This document shows positions 51,306-63,522 of a DNA stretch of 64,000 bases, piece by piece. The notes under the pieces were generated by a model that did not search any database, was not told the DNA's origin, and saw only the letters and a list, made by a program, of their open reading frames with translations. Position 1 is the first letter of the stretch; each line of letters begins with the position of its first letter. The DNA is from a virus. Its lineage: Duplodnaviria; Heunggongvirae; Uroviricota; Caudoviricetes. The stretch lies in the IMG/VR virus record IMGVR_UViG_3300021399_000097; one strand, written 5' to 3'. Position numbers and translations under genes: made by a program.

Positions 51306-51553
51306 TCTATTACCTCAATCTTTACATCTTCACAATTATAATTTGTTTTACTATAAGTTCTAATTTTCTGTTCAAGGGTCTCACCATAGGGTCCCGCAAG
51401 AACAATTTTTTCATATTTACCAGTTTGATATTCTGTACTCATAAGATTAGCAATCTCATCTGCAGTACCTTTAAATAATGGCACAGTATTTTCATTCTCT
51501 TGGATAGAATAAACTTGAGTATTCATATCAAACATGTTAAATTTACAAAACAT
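51302..51553 (-). CDS. hypothetical protein
   Basis: Intact ORF. Confidence 0.4.
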   Translation of the reverse strand: MFCKFNMFDMNTQVYSIQENENTVPLFKGTADEIANLMSTEYQTGKYEKIVLAGPYGETLEQKIRTYSKTNYNCEDVKIEVIE

Positions 51554-52077
51554 TACCTACATTTTACAACGCCCCAATCATAATTAAATAACATAAATAG
51601 CATTGCTCCATTTTCATTCTTTATCCAACATTCTACTTGCTGATTATCATCATCATACTCAATATGTTGCACAACTCCAACATCTTGTAAACATTCAATG
51701 ATTACATCTTCTACATTTTCATTTGCGCTTTCTTCTATTTTAAATACTGTATAATAATGGATATCATTACAAAGTAGCATGAAATAACTATCATTAGAGT
51801 AATTATCAATAAAATCTCGTAAGATTTTCTTTGCAGGACTTAACTGTTGTTCTGTAATTAAAGATGGAAATTGCGCGACTATCTATTTCTATAATTCATA
51901 ATTGGTAAGTCCAGTATTTACAACTGTATCGTTTGTATCAACTACTAACCAATCATGCGCATCTTCATTATAACGATAAATGCACTAATCTTTTTTACTA
52001 TAAAGATAATCTCCATCTTTTGGAATATCTGTATAATCTTTTAATTCATCAAAGATTCCAAGGTTAATAATAATCAA
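51553..52077 (-). CDS. hypothetical protein (about 174 aa, 3 TAG; start uncertain)
   Basis: ORF 51553..51780 extended upstream through 3 TAG to a TTG next to AAAGGAG. Confidence 0.35.
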
Positions 52078-52094
52078 CTCCTTTCTTTATAAGA

Positions 52095-52123
52095 ATTATA
52101 TCATAATTTTTTTAAAAAATCAA
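52095..52123 (-). promoter_or_regulatory. sigma70-type promoter P17 (TTGATT, 17 nt, TGaTATAAT) for the dUTPase/RuvC operon
   Basis: Minus-strand motif family. Confidence 0.55.
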
Positions 52124-52195
52124 GGCATTTTTTAATTGGACGAATTAGATTAAATAAATTAAATCTTTATTTACATTATTTGAGATAGTAAAAAT

Positions 52196-52225
52196 ATAAA
52201 GAAAGGGGAGCTGAAGATTGGCACT
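52196..52225 (+). repeat. duplicated tail-fiber leader and start region, copy 1 (copy 2 at 57164-57195)
   Basis: GGGAG(n)CTGAAGATTGGC(A/T)C shared upstream of and across the TTG starts of two fiber genes. Confidence 0.5.
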
Positions 52226-55200
52226 CTTTAAAATCTTAAACAATTTTGAAAGTGGAAATGTTATTTCTGCTTTGTCTAGTCACAAAGCCGGATTTTGTTA
52301 TTTTGATAAGAATACTAATAAGTTCTATATTGATACAACAGATGCGGCGACTGGATTACGCCAATTAAACGGAACATTTTATGGTGAATGTTCAACACCA
52401 GCAGGAACCGCAATTAAAGTGGTTAACATTGATGGTTTTGGTTTAACAGTAGGCGTTAGTGTTTTTGTTAAATTCAACTTTACCAATAGTGCTGGTTCTG
52501 AAAGTTTGGAATTAAATGTTTCTGGTACTGGTTCAAAACCTATTAAGCGTTATGGCACAACTAATTTAGCGTCTGCTAATGCTATTACCGCAGGCATGGT
52601 TTGTCAATTTGTGTATGATGGGACTAATTGGATTTGGGTCGGACACGAGAATGTGAATACAGATACCAATGTCTCACAGGTATTATCAGCATCAAATGCT
52701 CAATATCCTGTATTATTATCTTACTCAACGCAAGGGACAAATACTTCTACTGTAGATAATGTAGCATATCGGTCTAATAAGATTTATGCTAATCCTTCTA
52801 CTGGAGCTGTTACAGCTGAAAACTTTGTAGGTAAAATTAATGGGCATACAGTTAATTCTGATGTACCTTCTGGCGCAAAGTTTACTGATACTACCTATAA
52901 TTTTGGAGCAGGTTTATCTACTACTGGTAGTAATGTAAATCTTAGTCTGTTAAGTACAACACAAACTACAAATGAAGCTAATGTAACCAATCATGTTTAT
53001 CCAGTTGAAATTGATAAAAATGGTAAGTTAGCTGTGTTAGTACCTTGGATTAACAGTAATACAACTTATACTAATGGGGACGGTCTTGATTTAACAGGTA
53101 CTACTTTTAGTCATTATTCTCCTGCTAGTGCAGATATTACAACTGAATTAGACCCAGAAGCTAATAATAAAAATATAATTAAAACATTAAGTCTGGATAA
53201 TTTTGGTCATATTGTAAGCAGCACTTATAGCGATGGTAAAACTTTCTTTTATATTGAAGGTAGCGCAAGTGATGCGGCCGGTGTCTGGACTGGTACTCAA
53301 GATGAAATTACTGAGTATTATAATGGTTTAACAGTTATGTATGTACCAAAAGTAGCTGGTAAGTCTGGTAGTGTAACTCTTAATATTAATGGATTAGGAG
53401 CAGTTCAATGTTACACAACTAACACTGATGCGCTGACTACCCATTATGCTGCTAATACTCCTATCTTATTCACTTATTATGGTGGGAAATGGCGTCGTGC
53501 TGACTATAATGCTAATACAACTTATGCAAAGATGACAGCTGCTGAACAAGCTGGTGGTACTGCAACCACTGCAAGAAGTATTAGCGCTGACGTATTACGC
53601 AAAGCTATTGTTGGTCAAGCTGATACTGCGGGGTATGCGGTTACTGCCTCTAATGCTACATTGGCAAGTAGCGCAGCTTATGCGGTTACCGCTGGCAATG
53701 CTGTGAATGCAGCTAATGCTGTTACTGCTACCGCAGCTGTGACGGCAAGCAATGCAGTCAAGGCACACAGCGCAGCTTATGCGATTACTGCTAGTGCGGC
53801 GATTACTGCTAGTAATGCAGTTAAAGCTCATAGTGCAGCCTATGCAATTACAGCGAGCTATGCAGCTAATGCAACTACGGCCGGCGCTGCAGTGACAGCA
53901 AGCTATGCAGCTAATGCTGTTAACGCAACTAATGCTACCAAAGCTACACAAGATGCTTCTGGTAATGTTATTACAACTACTTATGCAACAAAAGCAGAAT
54001 TGAATAATATAATTTCTGCTAATGATGCTTTAATTTTTAAAGGTACACTTGGTGCAACTCATGGTACAACAACTGCGGTTCCCGCAAATAGTTATCAAAC
54101 TGGTTGGACTTATAGAGTTGTTGATGCAGGAACTTATGCAGGTCAAGTATGTGAAATAGGTGACTTATTGATTGCGGTTAGTGATGGCCCGGCTACTGGA
54201 ACAACAGTAACTAATACTCATTGGACTGTTGCTCAAACAAATATTGATGGTGTTGTTACTTCTCCACAAACTTCTTCTACTAGTGGTTCAATAGCCATTT
54301 TTACTGGAACAAGTGGAAAAACAATCACTAAAGTTGAAAGCGCAGGAACATCTACTAAACCGATTTATATAGATAGCAATGGTCGTCCTGCAGCTATTAC
54401 TTCTTATGAAGGAATGGCAGGTTCGGCTACTTATGCAACAAGCGCAGCTCAAGCAACTCATGCCGCAAGCGCAACGTTCGCAGTTAATGCAACTAATGCG
54501 GTTGAGGCTACTCATTCAGCTAGCGCAACTTTTGCTACTAATGCTGGGTCTGCAACTAGCGCAGCTAATGCAACCTATGCAGGCAGCGCAGGTTCGGCAA
54601 ATACAGCGACAACTGCTAGTTAGGCTGTTCATGCAGCATCTGCAACTTGGGCCTTAAGCGCAGGCTCAGCAACTAGTGCATCACAAGCTGTTCATGCAGC
54701 AAGCGCAAACTATGCAGCGAGTGCAAATGTAGCTAATACTGCTACAACAGCTGGTAATGCTGTAAATGCAGAAACAGCAGTGTCTGCAGGAAGTGCAAGT
54801 TATACTTTATATGCAGCTTCAGCAGGATATGCAGTTTTATCTCTTACTGCTAGTAATGCTGTTACTGCTGGTCGTGCAATTTACGCAGCTAGTGCTGCTT
54901 ATACAGTGAGTGCTTTGAATGCAACCCATGCCGCAAGTGCAAGTTTTGCAGCTAGTGCAACAAGTGCTTCTCAAGCAATTCATGCCGCAAGTGCAGGTTA
55001 TTCTGTTAGCGCAGCTCAAGCAACACATGCAGCTAGTGCAAGTTATGCGACAATTTCATCTTCTCAATCAACTGCAAAATTATTTATGCTTGGTACAACA
55101 GCATAGGCCGCAAGTAATATGATACCTTATAGTCATACAGCTGTATATGCAACAGCAGGGGCTTTTGCTGCCACAAGTTATAAGGTTGCGGAACATGTAA

Positions 55201-55250
55201 TTTTATAGTATAATACTAGTACAGAAGCTTTAGATTTTGTATTTAGTTAA
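52218..55250 (+). CDS. tail fiber protein (1,010 aa; 3 TAG) with Ala-X-Y triplet-repeat shaft
   Basis: TTG start after GGGGAG. ORFs 52218..54623 and 54780..55106 share a frame. Repeated module ...LELNVSGTGSKPIKRYG...YDGTNW. Confidence 0.6.
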
Positions 55251-55266
55251 TTAAGGGGGTATATCT

Positions 55267-57171
55267 ATGAGTTTATAGGTGTGGCTTCCTTTAAATGGAG
55301 ATTTACATAATTAGGGGTTAAGTGGTTCACTTAATTTTTCTACTGTTGGTACTGTAACTAATGTAAGTGGAAAGATTGGGCAAGCAAAACATTTTTCCGA
55401 TGCAAGACTAATGGCTCCATACTCATATACTTTAGGAAATGAATTTTCTTTTGCAGCATGGATAAAGTGGGATTCATTTAGAAGTGATAATGATTGGATT
55501 ATTGAATTAGGTAATACATCAAGTGGTTATGCTAATGCCTTATTTGGATTAAGTGTAAAATCTGGTTCTTCTAGTAATACTGTTGTGTGTATTGGTGGAA
55601 AAAATGTTACTTCATTAACTAATAATTTTGTAACGGCTAAATGGTTCCATGTCACTGTGACTTGGGATGGGAGTACTGTAAAATTATATTCAAATGGATT
55701 ACTAATAGATTCAAAAGCATTGACAAAAGGAACTTTAACAACAAGCTCTAATCTTAGTTTAGCTTGTAATGTTGCTAATAGTTCTACTAAATTTACTGGG
55801 TCTTTAAATGATGTTCGTATTTATGACCATTGTTTAAGTGCAAAAGAAGTAGAAGAAATTAGTAAAGGATTAGTATTACATTATAAATTAGATAATAGTA
55901 ATATTGGGAATGAAAATCTTTTATTAAATTCTTTAACTCCAACTTCTGGAAATGGAGCTAAGGGAGTAGTAAAAAGTATAGAAAATGGTATTTAGAAAAT
56001 AGTAGCTGATAATCCTAATAGTAATTGGGTTACATTTGCTAATCATAATACAACTTTAGCCTTAGCCAAAGGAGATAGTTTTACTTTTTCTTTAATGATA
56101 AAAAGTCCAGATTCTAATAAGAAACCTACAGTATATTTTCAAAGTGGAATGGGATATTTTTCTATGTAGGGTATTATGTCATCTGATTGGTCAATTATCT
56201 ATTATACTGGTATTTGGAATATAGATAATTTAGCAACTAATATACATTTAGGTTTTTCTTCAGCTCCAGGAACATATTATATACAATATTTTAAATTAGA
56301 AAAAGGTACAACTTATACATCTTGGGCCCCAAATCATAATGATTAGGAATGGTCAGCATATAACTGTAATAATAATATTGTTTATGATTGTTCTGGATAT
56401 AATAATAATGGAATAGCAAATCAATTAACTACTACTTCAATTAGTGCAAGATATAAAAATGGTATTGTTTTTAGTGGTAGTAGTTCATATGTAAAAACTA
56501 TAGAAAATAAATGGATGGCTTAGTATGCTAGAGAGATGACTATAAATTTATGGGCTAAAGCAGCAACATGGCCCACAAGTGGACGTATTTTTAGTTGTAC
56601 TGAAACTGGTGGATTTAATACAGAAGCAGGTAGCTCTGGATATTGGCGTTTTCCAATTTATGTTTGTACGAATGAAGCACAAACTTCATATGCTTATAAG
56701 TATGATTCACAAGAAATTTAGATTTCTGCTTTACCTGTTAATGAATGGGTAATGCTTACTTTTGTATATGATTCTACTGGGACTCGGACATATATTAATG
56801 GAGAATTACATCATACTTATACAAATACATCTTATGGTATTAGATTTAATACTAATGCTAGATTGTTCTTAGGATGTGAAGCCAATAGCGCAAATCCTTC
56901 TTCTCCATATTTTAATGGTCAAGAAAGTGATTTTAGAATATATTATACTGCTTTAACCCCAGAGTAGATTTTAGAACTTTATAATACTTCTGCAACAATT
57001 GATAATAAAGGGAATGTATATTCAAGAGAATATATAGAAAACAATAAATTAAATATTACTAAAACAGGATTGTTTTAGTGTAATAAAATATATGATGATG
57101 ATGAATTAACCGTTGCCTCTATTGTGAAAAGTACACAATAGGTATAGGGCAATACAATATATGAATATTGA
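55267..57171 (+). CDS. receptor-binding protein with two LamG/ConA-like lectin domains (about 12 TAG)
   Basis: Domain 1: FSFAAWIKWDS...KWFHVTVTWDGSTVKLYSNGLL...VRIYDHCLSAKEVEEI. Domain 2: MTINLWAKAATW...LTFVYDSTGTRTYINGEL...FRIYYTALTPE. ORFs 55411..55995, 56536..56721 and 56752..56967 are fragments. Confidence 0.6.
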
Positions 57172-57195
57172 TGGGAGGGCTGAAGATTGGCTCAA
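57164..57195 (+). repeat. duplicated tail-fiber leader and start region, copy 2
   Basis: Matches 52196-52225. Confidence 0.5.
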
Positions 57196-60100
57196 CTTAA
57201 AGATTTAACGGTCACTGGTCCGTCTTAGTTAATTGGAAAAGTGAATACAAATGAAGCATAGGTTACAACTATTGATGCGCCGACTGAGGCAGGTGGTACT
57301 TCATATGGTCCTGGAACTGCTGGTGAGGTTTTAACAAGTAATGGGACTTCTGTTTATTGGGGCTCTGGTGCTATTCATTCTAGCTCTGCTGGATATGCGG
57401 CTAGTGCTGGTTAGGCTACTCATGCGGCTAGCGCAAACTACGCACAAAGTTCTAACTGCGCTGCGCATGCAACCCATGCAGGGAGCGCAACATATGCAGC
57501 AAGTGCGGCTCAAGCAACTCATTCAGCAAGCGCTGGGTTTGCTTTACATGCTGCAAGTGCAAACTATGCTCTAAATGCGGCGAGCGCAACTTACGCTGTT
57601 GATGCAGGTTCTATTAAAAGCAAAATCTTCTATGGCACTTGTGATACAGCAACTGCAACAACCGCAAAAGCAGTGACTTGTCCTGAGTTTGCTACAGGCG
57701 ATTTAGTAAATGGGGCAACTGTTTATGTAACTTTTGATTATACAAATAGTGGTGCTGTTGGTTCTTTAACTTTAAATGTTAATGGAACTGGTGCCAAACC
57801 TATTAAAGAGTTTAGAAATGGTGGAGTATCTAATATTCCAGGTGCTAATTATTTGGCTACTAAACAAACATATAGATTTTCATATGATGGAACTAACTGG
57901 GTTACTGTCATGGATTATGATAGTAATGATGTCAATAGAAGCACAATAACTTATCCAAGAATACTTGCTGGAGCAGGTGGTATTGGAAGATATACTTTAT
58001 TTATGGAGACTTCTGCACCCGGGGTATTTTCTTCTATTACTTCCACCGCTAATTCAACAGGAACTTCAAAAGTTAAAAATAGTGTAAAGTTTAAATTAGG
58101 GAAAGTTTTTTATTCTAATCGTAATAGTGATATTGCTGCTTTAAATAGTAGTGATGCTACTAATAGTTGGATGGATTAGCAAGTTAGTTTATTAGATTTA
58201 AAGTATAGTTTAAATATTGCTAATGGAGATTTAACTGCTAGACAACCATTGTATTTAGTCGGTACATTAAGTGATGATGGATATTTTCAATTAGATGATA
58301 CTTGGTGGACATAGACTCCAGAAGAAATAGACAATGGAAAAGTTTATGTTTATGTTGGTTAGGTGTATCCTGATTCTGCCCCATATCGTTGTACTTTAGA
58401 TTTAGATAATCCAGCTATTTGGTATAAAGATGGCGGTTGGAAAAATGTTGTACCTTATGCTGCTAAAACTGAAATAGCAATTAGTGCTTCAAGTGCAGGG
58501 TCTGCGGGATATGCTACGACAGCAGCGCATGCAGGAACAGCAGGAAGCGCGAATACAGCCACTACTGCAGGACAAGCAGTGCATGCCGCAAGCGCTGGTT
58601 ATGCTCTTTCATCAAACTGCGCAGCTAATGCTACTAATGCTGGCAATGCTAATACAGCGACAACTGCTGGGGCAGCTATTACAGCAAGTAGAGCGTTCTA
58701 TGCCAGTAGCGCAGGGCAAGCAACTACTGCTTTAAATGCGGTTACTGCCGGACGCGCCTTATATGCAGGTACAGCAAATAATGCTGTTACCGCTGGTCGT
58801 GCTTATTATGCTGTCACTGCAAACAATGCGATTACAGCAGGATAGGCGGTGCACGCTGCAAGTGCTACTTATGCCGCAAATGCTGGTAATGCAACTCATG
58901 CTAGTTCAGCTGCTTATGCTAGTGATGCAGGAATTGCAAATACAGCTACTTTTGCAGCCAGCGCAAATGAATTATTAGCTACTGCTGGTAATGAAGTTAT
59001 TATTGGTAGCAATATGGCAGATACTCAATCTGCAATTTGGTTTAATTATCGTAGAGAAATTGGCGGAGCCACTGCTGGCAATGCCGCTATTACTCAATAT
59101 AATTTTGGTAATGGTAATGCAAATACAACTGGTGTTATTATCAAAGCAGACACATTCGCTGGGCAAGCATCATGTGCTGGCTACGCTTTAAAAGCTAATA
59201 GTGCAGCTCATGCTATTACAGCCGGCAACGCAGTAAAAGCCAATAGTGCTACACATGCTACTCATTCTGGTAGTGCTGGATATGCTCTTTCTTCAAATTG
59301 TGCTGTACATGCAACTCATGCAGGTAGCGCAACTTATGCAGCAACAGTTGGTGCACATAGCCACTATGAATTAACTACTATTGGTGATTAGAGAGCCACA
59401 ACCAGTACACCAAACACATATGCTAATAAGTTAATTTTTTAGGGATTAAAAAATAATACGACTCTTGGTTCTCCCGCAGGAACAACTGGGACCTATTCTT
59501 ATGTAGTTGGCTTAAGAGGATGGTCAGATTCTTCTGGTGGAGATTCACATGAGATTGCATTTAATAATAATGGATTATTCCATCGTCATGGTGCTACAAC
59601 TGGTTGGGGAAATTGGACTCAATTAGTTTCTAATACAGGAAGTTGGAGTATTAGTGTAGCAAGTGCGGCATAGGCAACACATGCAGCAAGCGCTGGTTAT
59701 TCAGCAAGCGCTGCTAGAGCTACTTATTCCGCAAGTGCGGCAAATGCAGTTACTGCTGGTAGGGCTTTATCTGCAGCAAGTGCAGCTTGGGCTTTAAATG
59801 CAGCGAATGCAACAACAGCAAGTAATGCTGTAAATGCTGGTTCTGCAACAGAAGCCGCACATTCTGCTAGTGCCACTTGGGCGGCTGAAGCAACTTGTGC
59901 TGCAAATGCTACTTTGGCAGGTAAAGCAAAAGCCGCAAATATTACAACAACAAATCATGCTGTTGCAGTTTATACAGATACCGCAGGTGGATTTGGAACG
60001 GTTCAAACAAAGAGTGGTGCTGCTTATGCAACAAGTACAAATGGTGCCTTAACATTCGGGACACTTCCATTAGCGCAAGGCGGTACTGGAAAGACTTCTG

Positions 60101-63100
60101 CTGTTGATGCAGCTAATAACTTTATGAATGCTTTAACAACAGGTAGTTCTGCTCCTACCGATGCAGATTATTATATTGCGCAATATGCTGGTGGTGGCAC
60201 TACGACTATTACATATCATCGTCGTCCTCATAGTGCCTTATGGACATATATTAAAGGGAAAATTGATGCTGCTAAATATGTAACTTCTGTCGCAGGACAT
60301 AGCGGACAAGCAGTTACATTAAGTAAATTAACAGTTGGTCATAAAGAATATAATGGTTCTTCTGACATTGAAATTAAAGCAGCTGACCTTGACCTTGCAA
60401 AATCAATGACCTTCCTTGGTAAGACGACTACCCCAATTGAAGATGGCAGTACAACTGCTACAGTTGCTATTACTGTTAATGGAGTAAGTCAAAATCATAC
60501 TGCAGAAAATGGTGACGTTGTTCTTTATGAGGCAGAAGAGTTTATTTATTCTTCTACTGCTGGGGCTTGGTAGTCATTAGGTCTTGCTTCTAGTTATGCA
60601 TTACACAATCATGCACATGGTAATATTTCTAATGCAGGTAAAGTTTCTACTTCTGCAGCAATTGCTAATGGAGATTCTTTATTGATAGGTGATGCTTCTG
60701 ATAGTAATGGTATCGCTCGTAGTACAATTACATTTGATGGTTCTACTACTACTAAAGCATTAACTCAAAAAGGTACTTGGGAAACATTTAATAATTATAG
60801 CTTACCAGATGCAACAACAAGTGCAAAAGGCGGCGTTAAGATTGGTAGTAACTTAACTATTTCTTCTGGTACTCTTTCATTAACAAAAGCAAATGTTGAA
60901 GCTGCTTTAGGATATACTCCAGGCCAAGAAGGTGGTGGCGGTATTGAATATATTGTTGGTACTCAAACTGCTGCAACTAATAAATGGACTGGTGTGACAA
61001 AAGAAGCAACTCTTGAAACTGGTAAAGTTATTGCTTATAAATTGCCTTTCGCTGGGACTTCTAGTGAAGCTACTCTTAATTTAACATTATCTGGTGGCGG
61101 AACATCAGGAGAAAAAGCTGTTATTTTAAATAATAATACAGCTGTAACAAATCACTTCCCAGTTAATACAATTTTATTATTAACATATGATGGTGCTCAA
61201 TGGAAAACATTTGATTATAATACAAATAGCACATATACTGTTACATCAGTATGGTGTAATACAGCCGCCGGGACAGCAGCTAAAGTTACTGCAAATGCAA
61301 GCTATTATGCATTACGAGAAGGCAATATTTTTGAAATTACTTTTAGATATGCTAATAGTGCAGCGAGTGCTTTAACACTTAATGTTAATAATACTGGAGC
61401 AAAACCAATTTTCCTTAATGGAAGTGCTTCTTCGGCTACAAATCATACTTTACCAGCTGGTAAGTATATAGTATTTTATGATGGAACTAATTATTGTATT
61501 AATACTACTAAATTTGCTCCAATTAATATTTCTGGGGCTGCGGCTTGTGCAGCATTTGCTACTTTTGCTACTATAGCCGGTGAGGCTTCAACAGCCTGGA
61601 ACGCAATTCATGCGTCAAGTGCAGCCTACGCTGCTTACGCTTTAAGCGCAGGAACTTCTACTAGTTCTGCACACGCAACACACGCTGGTTCCGCTACATT
61701 TGCAACGAGCGCAGGAAATGCTACCCATGCAGCAAGTGCTACCTATGCTAGCTCAGCAAGTTTTGCTGCTGCAGCAAATACCGCAGGTTCAACTTTATTA
61801 GCTGCAAAAGCAAATGCTGCTAATGTTGCTTCTACCACTAATGCGGTTGCATATTATACTGATGCTGGTGGAACATTTGGTAGTAAAGCAAGTGCCGATG
61901 GTGCTCTTTATGCAACTGCTGCGGATGGAGCTTTAAATTGGGGCACTCTTCCAATAGCTCAAGGCGGCACCGGTGCAACAACAACAACTGCTGCTCGTGT
62001 TAATTTACAAGCTGCTCCTGTAAAGCAAAGTGTATTTTATGGTTTATGCAATACGCCTGCTGCTACTCTTGCAAAAGAAGTTATACTTATTCATGGCGAA
62101 GGCTATGTTGAAGAAGTCGGTACAATAGTGGTAGTTGACTTTGTTTATGGGCCAGCTACAGCTTCTGGCAGTGCTCCAATGACAATGAAAGTTGGTCAAA
62201 ATGGCACTGCGAGAAATCTATTAGTATATGGCAATTATATTATGAATTAGTATACAGACACAAATGGATGGCGTGCAGGTGCAATAATTCCATTTGTTCT
62301 TACAGCTAATGGTTGGACTCGTTTTTATTGGTATAATACTACTTATAATATTGATAGTATTTTTACTAGTACAGCTTCTGGAACTGCTGCAAAACTTGGC
62401 TCATGTACTTTATATGCACCAGTTAAAGGTTTCTAGCAAGTTCTTGTAATGTATGACAATACTGCACAATCTAAATTAACATTAAATGTTAATTTACAAG
62501 GCGCAAAAGATATCTGGATAAATGGAGAGATTTCTTCTTCTACAAATTATACTTTACCAAAAGGCTTGTATTTAGTTTATTATGATGGAACTAATTATCA
62601 TTTTAATACTGATGGTGCTTTTGTTGTTAGGTCTTCATCTCTCCCAGCAGTAGGGGTGCATGATTTAGCAAGTGGCCGCAAAGGCACATTAATGGTAAAT
62701 AATAGTAAAGAGCTTGGTGTTTTTGACGGAACTAAATGGCTTGTTTATAGTGACACAGCTGGTAATGCTTATATGAATGGTCGGGCATCCTGTGCAACTT
62801 ATGCTGCAAACGCAGGTAATGCAACCCATGCATCAAGCGCAGCGTATGCCGCAAGCGCAGCCAGCGCGGCAAATGCAACTCATGCTGGTTCTGCAACTTA
62901 TGCTGCTAATGCAGGTAATTCAACCCATGCGGCAAGTGCAGCATATGCAGCATAGTCAGGTACTTTATATACAGCAGCAGCTACAACAAAAGCTTACGTA
63001 TTAGGCACTGCTGTTAATAGTTCAGCACAACATACTATAGTGCATGCAGCCGCAGTCTATACTTAGTCTGGTGTATTATATGGAGCATGCTGGAATGACT

Positions 63101-63504
63101 ATGCAGAGTTTAGAAAAACTAATAATGATGTTGAACCAGGCCGATGTGTTGTTGAATCTGGTGATGATACTCTTAAATTGTCAACTGATAGATTATAGCC
63201 TGGAGCTGAAATTGTTTCTGATACTTTTGGATATGTTATTGGAGAAACTGATGACGCTAAAACACCTATTGCAATGACAGGAAGAGTGCTTGCATATCCT
63301 TATGAAGATAGAGAAATATTCAAAAAGAATATTGGTAAACCAGTTTGTTCTGGTCCTCAAGGTACAGTTAGTATAATGAGTGATGAAGAATATTAGAAGT
63401 ATGGATATTGCACTATTGGCACAGTATCTTCTGTTCCAGATTATTCAGAGTGGGGAACTGGTAATGTTCCTGTTAATGGACGTATTTGGATACGTGTGAA
63501 ATAA
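57187..63504 (+). CDS. giant tail fiber protein (single 2,105-codon reading frame; about 16 TAG) with repeated modules of about 90 aa and a chaperone-like C-terminus
   Basis: Seven track ORFs (57673.., 58363.., 58849.., 59914.., 60682.., 62449..) are all in the same frame, separated only by TAG, with no TAA or TGA until 63502. TTG start after GGGAGG. C-terminal SGVLYGACWNDYAEFR motif. Confidence 0.55.
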
Positions 63505-63522
63505 TATAAAGGGGGCAAGATT

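Noticed and set aside
46387-59191. Leu/Val/Gln-rich ORFs in the track within the Cys-repeat and fiber regions, e.g. 46387..46608, 46633..46956, 46471..46707(-), 53595..53951(-), 54379..54657, 57341..57574, 58484..58978 and 59834..60052
   Set aside because: They are out-of-frame readings of tandem-repeat DNA. The frame that reads through TAG gives coherent proteins instead.
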